Source of the DNA: Candidatus Nanohaloarchaea archaeon
GTDB lineage: Archaea > Nanohalarchaeota > Nanosalinia > Nanosalinales > Nanosalinaceae
DNA: 40,722 nucleotides
Direction of reading: 5' to 3'
Assembly: GCA_042218325.1 (NCBI GenBank)
Contig: JBDGRE010000002.1
Span: 1-40,722, forward strand
In this document: positions 1-8,073 of the stretch, in pieces
How the letters are laid out: each line of letters opens with the position of its first letter
How positions within the stretch are numbered: the first letter of the stretch is position 1
Made by a program: the position numbers and the translations under genes
The notes under the pieces: model-generated
Database searches by the model: none
Told to the model about the DNA's origin: nothing
Seen by the model: only the letters and a program-made list of their open reading frames with translations

Positions 1-106
1 ACTCCGACGCATTACAGTCTATTAAACTGTTAGTCAAAAGAACTGTTTTACTTTTTTCAACGAGAGTCTAACAGGTACACTAAATGGAAGGGTGAGACCA
101 CTGTCT

Positions 107-244
107 ATGACCTCTTCAACATCCAACAGGCTCGGAAAATGTCTTGTCTGCCAACAACGGGTCAAAACCTCTCACACCTACCTCACTACAGCTGAGGGAT
201 ATGCACATAGAATCTGCCTTGACCAGCAAGGAATCCTCGCATAG
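107..244 (+). CDS. Zn-finger microprotein (CxxC-x18-HxxC), 45 aa
   Basis: Read manually, not in ORF track: MTSSTSNRLGKCLVCQQRVKTSHTYLTTAEGYAHRICLDQQGILA*. SD-like GGGTGA upstream; stop abuts the SD of the next gene. Confidence 0.65.
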   Translation: MTSSTSNRLGKCLVCQQRVKTSHTYLTTAEGYAHRICLDQQGILA

Positions 245-257
245 AGGTGAATGCTCT

Positions 258-503
258 ATGTATGAAGCAGTCGGAAAGACACTGGCAGCTTCATTCCTGA
301 TGCTCGGATTAGCAATCGGACTCATAGGAATCAGCAACAACCCAGACAGCCAACTAACAGAAGTAGGGATGACAGACGGAATCAGCAAACCCGCAGAGAC
401 AGGAACTACCGAGACCATTTCCAGCCACGGAGAAAGTGAACACTCGATACAGAAGTTACCGAAGACGCAGAAAGGGATGGAGAGACCGCGGGGACAGGCA
501 TAG
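258..503 (+). CDS. small membrane-anchored hypothetical protein
   Basis: ATG at 258 follows SD GAGGTGA (244-250); N-terminal hydrophobic helix LAASFLMLGLAIGLIGI. The track start at 144 is probably too early. Confidence 0.6.
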   Translation: MYEAVGKTLAASFLMLGLAIGLIGISNNPDSQLTEVGMTDGISKPAETGTTETISSHGESEHSIQKLPKTQKGMERPRGQA

Positions 504-574
504 CCCGATGCAGGAATCCAGCCTGTCTGTTCAATATTTTTAATTGTCCCACAGGCTCGCCACAATTATTGTAG

Positions 575-1033
575 GTGAATCCATCGATAATTGATTTGGA
601 CAACGACAAGCAGGTCTGGGCTGCAAGCCTGATAGCAGTCCTCGGAGCATTAGCCTTCTTCGAGGCAGGACTACTCCTCTCAGGAAACCTCGGACTACTC
701 GGAGCAGACACCAAGAAAGTGATGAGCAAGGAGAAAGTCCGAGACAAGGTCCAGAACTATGTCTCAGTGACCTCAGGAGAAAGAGCCAACGCCACAGTAA
801 CCTCAATCGAAAGAAGCGACCAACTGGAATCATTCTACACAGTAGGAGTCAAAGTAACCGCACAGGTCCTGAACCAGACACGGACATCCGAGACCACGGT
901 CCTGGTTTCCAGAGATGGAGAATACATCCTGTCAGGTCAGCCCAGAGACCTTGACGAACCAAAACCACCACAACCAAGAACACCGACAATCCAACCACAA
1001 ACAGGAGAAGGAGAGGAAGAAGGAGGACGATAA
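575..1033 (+). CDS. membrane-anchored exported protein with DsbC-N-terminal-like motif
   Basis: One TM helix, motif VLVSRDGEYILSGQPRDL, Pro/acidic tail. Confidence 0.7.
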   Translation: MNPSIIDLDNDKQVWAASLIAVLGALAFFEAGLLLSGNLGLLGADTKKVMSKEKVRDKVQNYVSVTSGERANATVTSIERSDQLESFYTVGVKVTAQVLNQTRTSETTVLVSRDGEYILSGQPRDLDEPKPPQPRTPTIQPQTGEGEEEGGR

Positions 1034-1082
1034 ACAACGCATTTCCTCCTTTTTCCCTCCTAACCCTTTATTTCAACAGGAG

Positions 1083-2189
1083 ATGAGAACAGTGAACCAC
1101 GAACTCCAAACCAAGCACATACTACTACTCTCAGTAAGCCTTTCTCTTATCGCAGGGGTAATAGGAGGATACTCCGCCACCAAGATATATTCCAAGCCAA
1201 CTGAAACCTTCCAGCCCGAACCCATAAGCTCTCAGAAACATCCCAATTCCTCACTATACAAAGAAGCCTACCGAAGCCTGATGGACTCAGTAGTATCCAT
1301 AAAAGTAAACAAAGTCACTGGAGGAAGCTCACAGGGAACAGGATTCATCTGGGACAAAAAAGGACACATCGTAACCAACCACCACGTCATACAGAACGCA
1401 GAAACAGTAGAAATACGATTCAAAAAAGGAGAATGGAGAAAAGCCAGTATAGTCGGAAAAGACATCTACAGCGACCTCGCAGTCCTCAAAGTCGAAAACC
1501 CTCCCAACTACACCGAACCACTCCCTGTAGCTAAGTCAAACCCAGAACCAGGAAGCTTCGTAATGGCATTAGGAAATCCATTCGGACTACAAGAAACCAT
1601 AACACACGGGATAATCTCAGGAGTCAACCGCAGTATGCAGACAGCAGGGAACTTCCAGATACCCGACACCATCCAGACAGACGCACCTATCAACCCTGGC
1701 AACAGCGGAGGACCGCTCATCAACAAACAGGGAGTGGTAGTAGGAGTCAACAGAGCAAAGCAGGGAGACAATATCGGATTCGCCATAAGCCCTGCCATCA
1801 TAAACCGAGTAGTTCCATCTTTAATTGAGAAAGGAGACTACACCCATCCTTACCTCGGAATCAGTATGCGGACAGTATCACCGAGCGTAGCAGAAGCCAA
1901 CAATATAAGGGAAGCCGACGGAGTCCTCGTAGTAGAGACACTGGAAAGAGGTCCAGCAGCAGGCGAATTACAAGACAGCAGATATACTGCAATAACAGAA
2001 AACAGCAGAATACCTATCGGTGGCGATGTAATCAAAGCCATCAACGGAAGAAGCATAGATTCAAGCCAGGAACTATCCAGCTATCTCGCCACCCAAACCA
2101 GTCCAGGAGAAAAGATCACTATCACCATCCTCAGAAACCAGAAAAGAAAAAAGGTGGAAATAAAACTCGGAAAAAGACCTGAACCGTAA
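1083..2189 (+). CDS. htrA: HtrA/DegP-family serine protease with PDZ domain
   Basis: TNHHV, DLAVLK, QTDAPINPGNSGGPL motifs; N-terminal TM; C-terminal PDZ (YLGI...GDVIKAING). Start moved to 1083 to avoid overlapping the upstream gene. Confidence 0.95.
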   Translation: MRTVNHELQTKHILLLSVSLSLIAGVIGGYSATKIYSKPTETFQPEPISSQKHPNSSLYKEAYRSLMDSVVSIKVNKVTGGSSQGTGFIWDKKGHIVTNHHVIQNAETVEIRFKKGEWRKASIVGKDIYSDLAVLKVENPPNYTEPLPVAKSNPEPGSFVMALGNPFGLQETITHGIISGVNRSMQTAGNFQIPDTIQTDAPINPGNSGGPLINKQGVVVGVNRAKQGDNIGFAISPAIINRVVPSLIEKGDYTHPYLGISMRTVSPSVAEANNIREADGVLVVETLERGPAAGELQDSRYTAITENSRIPIGGDVIKAINGRSIDSSQELSSYLATQTSPGEKITITILRNQKRKKVEIKLGKRPEP

Positions 2190-2193
2190 AAAA

Positions 2194-2282
2194 GGGTTAA
2201 ACTCCGTAAAATCACTCAAACCCGTTATTTCTTTGAAAGAGCTTCTAAACTGCTGAAATATCGGGAAAGCTCGCCGGGGGCG
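2194..2282. repeat. direct repeat copy 1 (att-like; last 11 nt of tRNA-Ser plus 78 nt of downstream sequence)
   Basis: Ungapped alignment with 3421-3509, 5 mismatches in 89 bp. Confidence 0.95.
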
Positions 2283-2357
2283 TCATAGAAACCAGAGGTT
2301 ACAACGCTCCGACGCAATACACTTTGTTACAAAAATTATAGATGAGAAACATGTGTT

Positions 2358-3413
2358 ATGGGTCACAATTTCATCCTCCCGCCAGTACTTGAAAAAGGCG
2401 ATAAGGTCGCAGTTATTGCAACTTCGAGTGGCGTGCAAGAGTTTCCAAAGGTTCTGGAAAAAGGCGTAGAAAAACTGGAAAACCGATTTGGGTTAGAACC
2501 CGTGGTCTACGATACAGCAAGGAAAGACACAGAATACCTGAACAATCACCACAAGGAGAAAGCTGAAGAATTAATGCGGGCATTTGAAGACCCTGAAATC
2601 AAGGGAGTTGTAGCTTTGACAGGTGGTTCAGAGCAAATTAGGATGCTGAAACATTTAGAGCCAAGAAGACTGAAACAGAATCCAACTCGGTTCTACGGCA
2701 TAAGCGACAACACCAACCTACATATATACCTCTGGAACTTAGGCATCCAAACCTTCTATGGAGGGCAGATACTGGATGACTTACTGGCTGAAGGAGAAAT
2801 CGGAGAATACACCTACAAACACTTAGAGAAAGCTTTCTTCCAAGATGGTTTGGGAACGGTAGAGCCTTCAGAACATTTTACAGATGATTACTTCGATTTG
2901 TTCCAAGATGAGATTAAGGATGACCGTGAAAGATACGATAGTCCTGGATGGAGTTTCTGGAACTTTGATGGAGAAATTGTGGAAGGCAGGCTTTGGGGAG
3001 GTTGCCTCGGAGTATTACCAGAACAGATGGCGGTAGAAAAATACCTCCCAGAAATGGAAGAATTGGAAGGTAAAATACTGGCTTTGGAAACATCAGAAGA
3101 ACATCCTGACGAGTTAGAGGTGAAGAGAAATCTGCTATGTATGGGTGAAAAAGGAATGCTGGAAAAGTTCTCCGCAGTAATAGTTGGCAGACCGATGAGA
3201 AGCCCATTATTCGGAGAAGACAAAAGTTTAGAGGAAAAGCAGGAATATCACGAAACTCAGAAACAGACAATCAAGGATGAAATTAAGCGATACGCACCTG
3301 ACACCCCTGTAGTCTTCGATGTAGACTTCGGACACACCCATCCGAAAATTCCGATGCAGTTAGGGGGCATAGTAAGACTTGAACCTGAGAAAAGTCAAAT
3401 ATTCTTCAAGTAA
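2358..3413 (+). CDS. S66 family peptidase (LD-carboxypeptidase/MccF-like)
   Basis: PPVLEKGDKVAVIA start; Ser-Glu-His triad motifs GISDNT, LETSEE, DFGHT; GRLWGGCL. Confidence 0.92.
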   Translation: MGHNFILPPVLEKGDKVAVIATSSGVQEFPKVLEKGVEKLENRFGLEPVVYDTARKDTEYLNNHHKEKAEELMRAFEDPEIKGVVALTGGSEQIRMLKHLEPRRLKQNPTRFYGISDNTNLHIYLWNLGIQTFYGGQILDDLLAEGEIGEYTYKHLEKAFFQDGLGTVEPSEHFTDDYFDLFQDEIKDDRERYDSPGWSFWNFDGEIVEGRLWGGCLGVLPEQMAVEKYLPEMEELEGKILALETSEEHPDELEVKRNLLCMGEKGMLEKFSAVIVGRPMRSPLFGEDKSLEEKQEYHETQKQTIKDEIKRYAPDTPVVFDVDFGHTHPKIPMQLGGIVRLEPEKSQIFFK

Positions 3414-3420
3414 CTTTCTC

Positions 3421-3509
3421 GGTTTAAAATCCGTAAAATAACTCAAACCCGTTATTTCTTTGAAAGAGCTTCTAAAATACTGAAATATCGGGAAAGCTCG
3501 CCGGGGGCG
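3421..3509. repeat. direct repeat copy 2, overlapping the tRNA-Ser 3' end
   Basis: Matches 2194-2282. Confidence 0.95.
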
Positions 3510-3588
3510 GGATTTGAACCCGCGTGGGAGCGTTGCACCCCCAGTGGCTTAGCAAGCCACCGCAATGGCCAGGCTATGCGACCCCGAC
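3499..3588 (-). tRNA. tRNA-Ser (GCT), no encoded CCA
   Basis: Cloverleaf: acceptor GTCGGGG/CCCCGGC plus discriminator G; anticodon arm GTGGC-TTGCTAA-GCCAC; long variable arm; T arm GCGGG-TTCAAAT-CCCGC. Confidence 0.95.
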
Positions 3589-3706
3589 AGTGGTGTAAGG
3601 TTAAAGGTGGCGTGCAAATGTTTAAAATGCCAAGTTCTCGGGCTGTGAGGTCAACAAGCTATTTAAATTTCTGACCGGCAACAGGTCTTAAGAGGTATAA
3701 TAAAAG

Positions 3707-3991
3707 ATGGCGGATAACATCATCGACTTTTCAGACATCACTGACAAGGACGTCTTCACGAGAAACGGTTCTTACTGCGGGAAGCTGAAGGATGTGGAGC
3801 TGAACCTCGGCAAGTTCGGGGTCCGCGCGGTAGTCGTGGGAGCGAAGAAAGGCTCCTACCTGGCGCAGAAGGTCGGCGGCGCGAAGAACGTCGTCATCCC
3901 GTACAACATGGTGGAAGCCCTTGACGATGTCATAATCATCAAGGATTTCCAGACCTCTGACATGGACGCGGGCGAGGCGGAAACGGCTTAA
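3707..3991 (+). CDS. PRC-barrel domain protein (CdpB-like)
   Basis: KDVFTRNGSYCGKLKDVEL and VVIPYNMVEALDDVIII pattern typical of archaeal PRC barrels. Confidence 0.88.
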   Translation: MADNIIDFSDITDKDVFTRNGSYCGKLKDVELNLGKFGVRAVVVGAKKGSYLAQKVGGAKNVVIPYNMVEALDDVIIIKDFQTSDMDAGEAETA

Positions 3992-4013
3992 ACCTGCCTC
4001 CTGACTTTTCGTT

Positions 4014-4310
4014 ATGGTACTCCAGCTCGTAGTTTCAGCTATCTACCAGACCGTCAGGCATTCGTGGCTGTTCGCGGCGGTCGCCGTGAAGTACATTCTG
4101 GCGGCCCAGTTGATCGAGATCATCTACAGGGGCGGAGGCCTTTCGGAGTTCTCGGAGAAGATCATGGAGCGGTCGGCTGCCGTCGTCACAGGTATAGTCG
4201 TGGCGGGCTTCCTTCTTTCGCTGGCGGATTACCAGCCCTCGCCGCTGTTGAAGCCTTTCAGCGAGTTCGTGGCGCTGGCGTATTTCGCCTATCTTTTCTG
4301 GCGTTACTGA
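4014..4310 (+). CDS. small membrane protein
   Basis: About three hydrophobic segments; directly follows the PRC gene. Confidence 0.65.
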   Translation: MVLQLVVSAIYQTVRHSWLFAAVAVKYILAAQLIEIIYRGGGLSEFSEKIMERSAAVVTGIVVAGFLLSLADYQPSPLLKPFSEFVALAYFAYLFWRY

Positions 4311-4633
4311 CTGAGCTTGTCCTTGACGTTCTGGTGCCAGGCGTCGAGCGCTTCCTCGGTTATGTCCCGGATCTCTTCCATCGGCAGCGCGGTGTAGACG
4401 TAGTAGACCGTCTTGTCAGTCTTGCCCTCCCGCATAACCAGGTCCTTGTCCAGCATGTCCTGCAGCGCGCGCTGGACAGTCGAGCGGTTGCGGTCGACCC
4501 GGTTCGACACTTCCTGCACCGTGAGCTTCGCATCCCTCAGTTCGTCGAAAACGTCTTCCTGGAGGCCGTTGAGGTCGAAAACGTCGCAAATGATATCTTC
4601 TTCATCTTTTCCATCAAGGTCCAGGAAATCCAT
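4304..4633 (-). CDS. winged-HTH transcriptional regulator (TrmB-like)
   Basis: LTVQEVSNRVDRNRSTVQRALQDMLDKDLV and YYVY motifs; ATG at 4633. Confidence 0.88.
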   Translation of the reverse strand: MDFLDLDGKDEEDIICDVFDLNGLQEDVFDELRDAKLTVQEVSNRVDRNRSTVQRALQDMLDKDLVMREGKTDKTVYYVYTALPMEEIRDITEEALDAWHQNVKDKLSQ

Positions 4634-4721
4634 TGTGTAAAGCTGCGACACTGAAAAATAAAAATCAGCCCCCTCCAGACCCCGAGAGAAGTTAAAGCCT
4701 GCAGGTTTAATCTCCAGCCTG

Positions 4722-5390
4722 ATGAAGAAGGCTGCGATGGGATGGAGCGGAGGGAAGGACAGCGCCTACTGCCTCGGAAGGGCCAGGAAGAGCGAGGAGT
4801 ACGATGTCGTAGAGCTCTTCACTACGGTTTCCGGCGAGTTCGACAGGGTATGTTTCCACGGACTCAGCAAAGCTCTGCTGGAGAGACAGGCCGGGAGCAC
4901 CGGCATACCTGCGAGGACGGTCGAGCTACCGGGCGGTTACTCGCAACAGGAGTACGCAGGAAGGATGCAGGAGCTTTACCGCGAGTACAGGTCCCGCGGG
5001 ATAGAGACCGTTATATTCGCAGATATCTACCTGGAGGAGGTAAGAGAGGAGCGACAGGAGATGCTGCGGGAAGCAGGCCTCGAGGGTGCCTGGCCCGTAT
5101 GGGGCGAGGATACCGGCGAACTTGCGCAGGACTTCGTTGACAGGGGTTTCCGAGCCGTAACTGTATCTGTGGACGGCAGTCGTCTCGACAGGTCGTTCGC
5201 GGGCCGGGAGTTCGACAGGGAGTTCATAGAGGACCTGCCCTCCGGCGTCGACCCTTGCGGCGAGAACGGCGAGTTCCATACATTCGTCTACGACGGCCCG
5301 GTGTTCGAGAACGCACTGGAGATCGAGACCGGGGAGGTCGTGGAGAAAGCTGTCAGCGGCGGGAAGAACTACTACACGGAAGTCAGGTAG
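4722..5390 (+). CDS. PP-loop ATPase, diphthine-ammonia ligase (MJ0570/Dph6) family
   Basis: WSGGKDS PP-loop; DPCGENGEFHTFVYDGP motif. Confidence 0.9.
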   Translation: MKKAAMGWSGGKDSAYCLGRARKSEEYDVVELFTTVSGEFDRVCFHGLSKALLERQAGSTGIPARTVELPGGYSQQEYAGRMQELYREYRSRGIETVIFADIYLEEVREERQEMLREAGLEGAWPVWGEDTGELAQDFVDRGFRAVTVSVDGSRLDRSFAGREFDREFIEDLPSGVDPCGENGEFHTFVYDGPVFENALEIETGEVVEKAVSGGKNYYTEVR

Positions 5391-5408
5391 CGCCCACGGG
5401 GTCCGGTA

Positions 5409-5621
5409 TCATCCGCCTGCTATGACGTCGCGCACCGTCACAGTGTCGCCGTCCTCAAGCTCGTGTTCGCCCGAGATTATCGTACCGTTCCGGGATACGA
5501 GCACCTCCTCGCTGGCGACACCCTCCTGGTCCAGGAGTTCCGAGACCTTCGTGCCCTGTTCCACCTCTATATCGCGCTCCCGTTCCTCCTCGAGGTCGTC
5601 TCTCACCATCGTCACCTTCAC
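5409..5621 (-). CDS. ubiquitin-like SAMP / ThiS-MoaD sulfur carrier
   Basis: 70 aa beta-grasp pattern (VSRNG, LEDGDTV), C-terminal IAGG. Confidence 0.92.
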   Translation of the reverse strand: MKVTMVRDDLEEERERDIEVEQGTKVSELLDQEGVASEEVLVSRNGTIISGEHELEDGDTVTVRDVIAGG

Positions 5622-5791
5622 TTTTCACCACCCATGCTGTAGGCGTAGAAGTAAGTCCCGGCGAAGCCGCCGAGCAGGGTGAGGTAGAAGACTGTTACCG
5701 GTGAGGCGCTGTAGAGCAGTGCTCCCTCGCCCAGCAGCGCCATACCTGTGAGGGTGGCGGCCGCGTACTTGTGACTCTCGTCCACGTCCAC
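5618..5791 (-). CDS. 57-aa two-helix membrane microprotein
   Basis: Read manually: MDVDESHKYAAATLTGMALLGEGALLYSASPVTVFYLTLLGGFAGTYFYAYSMGGEK*. Fills the gap; stop overlaps the SAMP start (GTGA). Confidence 0.7.
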   Translation of the reverse strand: MDVDESHKYAAATLTGMALLGEGALLYSASPVTVFYLTLLGGFAGTYFYAYSMGGEK

Positions 5792-5794
5792 CTG

Positions 5795-6655
5795 CTACAC
5801 CTCTATTATGTCGTTGCGGGCGGCGTGGAAAAGGTACTCCTGAGCGTAGCCCGCGTGCTCGCCGAAGTGTTCTCGCAGGTTTTTCGAGGCCTCGCTGTAT
5901 CTCTCTGAGTGCAGTTCAGGGTAGTGCTTTTTCACGGCTTTCAGGGCCCAGGTATCGAGCGGGTAGGCCTCCGTGAAGCCGAGGGAAAACAGTGCGACGC
6001 AGTCCGCCACCTTGTCGCCGACGCCGTGGAACTTCTTGAGCTCCTCGCGGGCGTTCTCGTACCGCATGTTTTCGACCTCCCCGGGGTCGAAGCCGTTCCT
6101 GAACATCTCCGTCGACCTCACGATGTAGGGCGCCCTGTAACCGACGCCGAGGTCGCGGAGTTCTTCCTCGGTCGCACCGGAAAGCTCCCCTGACGAGGGA
6201 AAGCGGAGAAGTTCGCAGCCGTCGACTTCCACGGTTTCGCCGTACTCCCGGGCGATATCGTTGTGCATCTGTTTTATCCGGGGGATGCGCATCTGCGGGG
6301 AGCAGAGGTAGCTGATGAGACACGGGAAGAACTCGTCTCTTACTATCCGCAGGCCGTACAGCTCCTCGCGCGCCTTCTCTACGCGTTCATCATGCGGGAA
6401 CGTCGAGAATATACTGTCAAGGTCGTGGTGGAGCCCCAGTGCTTTCCCTATCTCGGCCCGCGAGAGTTCGGTCCGGGCGAACACCGTATCTTCTTCCTGC
6501 TCAACAATCAGCGGCTCCCCCTTCCTGAAAGTGTAGAACTTGCCCGGCCCGGAGCCATAGAGCTCGCCGTCCATGCGGTGCCAGCAGAAGGTCTGGCCGC
6601 AGGTCATCGTCAGCTCCAGGTCGAAGCCGGGCGCTTCGATCGAGTACTGTTTCAC
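5795..6655 (-). CDS. 8-oxoguanine DNA glycosylase, OGG1-like (HhH-GPD)
   Basis: TMTCGQTFCW, LRDLGVGYRA, GVGDKVADCVALF, YPLDTW, AGYAQEYLF. Confidence 0.92.
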   Translation of the reverse strand: MKQYSIEAPGFDLELTMTCGQTFCWHRMDGELYGSGPGKFYTFRKGEPLIVEQEEDTVFARTELSRAEIGKALGLHHDLDSIFSTFPHDERVEKAREELYGLRIVRDEFFPCLISYLCSPQMRIPRIKQMHNDIAREYGETVEVDGCELLRFPSSGELSGATEEELRDLGVGYRAPYIVRSTEMFRNGFDPGEVENMRYENAREELKKFHGVGDKVADCVALFSLGFTEAYPLDTWALKAVKKHYPELHSERYSEASKNLREHFGEHAGYAQEYLFHAARNDIIEV

Positions 6656-6681
6656 AGCCTGTTTTCGGGAGGCAAGTTATT

Positions 6682-6855
6682 TCAGTCCTCCTTCGAGTAG
6701 CGGAAGAAGCCTGTTCCCTTCTCGTCCGGCTTCTTCTTCGTCTTCTTCGCGTCCCGCTTGAGGTAGCTCCGGCCGCACCGGTGGCACTGGACGCGTTTCT
6801 GGGCCTTCGATCTCTGCTTGAAACCGCAGTCGGGGCACTGGTAGTAGAGGTCCAC
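6682..6855 (-). CDS. basic CPxCG zinc-ribbon microprotein, 57 aa
   Basis: Read manually: MDLYYQCPDCGFKQRSKAQKRVQCHRCGRSYLKRDAKKTKKKPDEKGTGFFRYSKED*. Confidence 0.78.
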   Translation of the reverse strand: MDLYYQCPDCGFKQRSKAQKRVQCHRCGRSYLKRDAKKTKKKPDEKGTGFFRYSKED

Positions 6856-6919
6856 GATTCTCTACGCGAGGTCAAGCGTGAAAAACCTTCATATCCGGGC
6901 GGCAACAAAAGCCATATTT

Positions 6920-7210
6920 ATGAAAAGAGAGGCCATAAGGGGTGCAGCATTAGGTATGATTTTTTCAGGCATAGCTTACCTCGTAGTAAGATTTTCAGGG
7001 TACGGATGGCGCAGTCTCACCGTCCTGCTGTATCTTTACGTTTTCATGGGCGCCACGATATCTGCAGCAGGCAGCTTTGACATTCTGGACTCCAGTATAG
7101 CGGAAATATTTGACCGCGTGGTGCTGGTCGCCGAACGGGAAGAGCTGGTACTGAGGAAGCTCGTCTCGGGAGAAAAATATAGGGTGGAGGGAGAGCTTGA
7201 GAAGCTCTAG
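6920..7210 (+). CDS. small membrane hypothetical protein
   Basis: Two hydrophobic helices; ATG at 6920. Confidence 0.55.
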   Translation: MKREAIRGAALGMIFSGIAYLVVRFSGYGWRSLTVLLYLYVFMGATISAAGSFDILDSSIAEIFDRVVLVAEREELVLRKLVSGEKYRVEGELEKL

Positions 7211-8073
7211 TAGCTCTCCCTGTCGATCTCCTGTCCGTCCGCGTTCATGAGTACCGCGGTGTCTCCGCCGTCGTTCCACGAGATGCCTGAATCGAAAATC
7301 GCCGGCTCCTGTTCGTCTACTGCGGAGTCGCTGTCGGTGTAGACGCGGAGTTTTTCTCCGGCTTCGACCGTTACGTCTCCGAACTCGTGGGTGGAGGAAG
7401 TGTCGGAGAGCGTCCAGCCCTCCAGGCTCACGGGTTCGAACTCGCGGTTCACGATGACAACGTGCTCCGGCGAACCCGAGGAATCGGAACTGGCCGCTGC
7501 CGAGCTGTTGGCTATGACCTCGATGTCCGGCATCGCTCTCTTTCTAAGCCGCTTTTTCCTGTCCTCGAGCTCCTTTTTCTTCCGCTCCAGAAGCTGGCGT
7601 AGCTCTCTTCTTGTCTGCTCGACCTTAGGCCTCTCGCTTCCCGAGAAGCTCGTCTCCCGGGAACCTTCTTCGACGACTATCCGGAGATCCCCCTGGGGTG
7701 TCGAGACCTTCTCGACAGTCCGTTCGCTGGATTCCTTGATCGTCAGCGTTCCCTGCGGAGTGGTGAGAGACCACTCTGTGCGGCCAGGAGTCCTCTGGAC
7801 CTCAAGCTCGGAGCCAGCGTTCTCGAGCGTGACGTTGGCCTTCCCAGAGCTTATCGAGGTCCTGAAGCTGTTGAACGCTGTCTCGACGGTGGCCCGGAAA
7901 CCTTCCGGCGTGGTGGTCCTTGATACCTCTTTCGGGACCGATTCACTGGTGGAAACATCCGGTAGTTCAGCTGTTGCTGCTCCTGTCATCTCGACTTGCT
8001 GTGAAGCTACCGGAACAGACAGTAGACCGACTATCACCGATGCAGCGATAGCTGCCTGCGGTATAGCTGCCAT
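7207..8073 (-). CDS. secreted lamin-tail-domain protein
   Basis: Signal-like N-terminus, coiled coil, then EHVVIVN..VSLEGWTLSD..WNDGGDTAVL (LTD signature). Confidence 0.85.
   Translation of the reverse strand: MAAIPQAAIAASVIVGLLSVPVASQQVEMTGAATAELPDVSTSESVPKEVSRTTTPEGFRATVETAFNSFRTSISSGKANVTLENAGSELEVQRTPGRTEWSLTTPQGTLTIKESSERTVEKVSTPQGDLRIVVEEGSRETSFSGSERPKVEQTRRELRQLLERKKKELEDRKKRLRKRAMPDIEVIANSSAAASSDSSGSPEHVVIVNREFEPVSLEGWTLSDTSSTHEFGDVTVEAGEKLRVYTDSDSAVDEQEPAIFDSGISWNDGGDTAVLMNADGQEIDRESY

Larger units (their letters stand above)
2283..3509. mobile_element. non-autonomous single-gene cassette integrated at the tRNA-Ser 3' end
   Basis: Bounded by direct repeats containing the tRNA 3' end; lower GC than the core; carries only an S66 peptidase; no integrase. 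Confidence 0.7.

Noticed and set aside
3499-3588. 90-nt tRNA as tRNA-Sec or a suppressor
   Set aside because: GCT anticodon, 7-bp acceptor stem and G discriminator are standard for tRNA-Ser; the length comes from the variable arm.
4722-5621. PP-loop ATPase as the SAMP-activating or tRNA-thiolating partner
   Set aside because: The genes are convergent, and the ATPase has Dph6/MJ0570 motifs rather than the Cys motifs of TtuA/NcsA.
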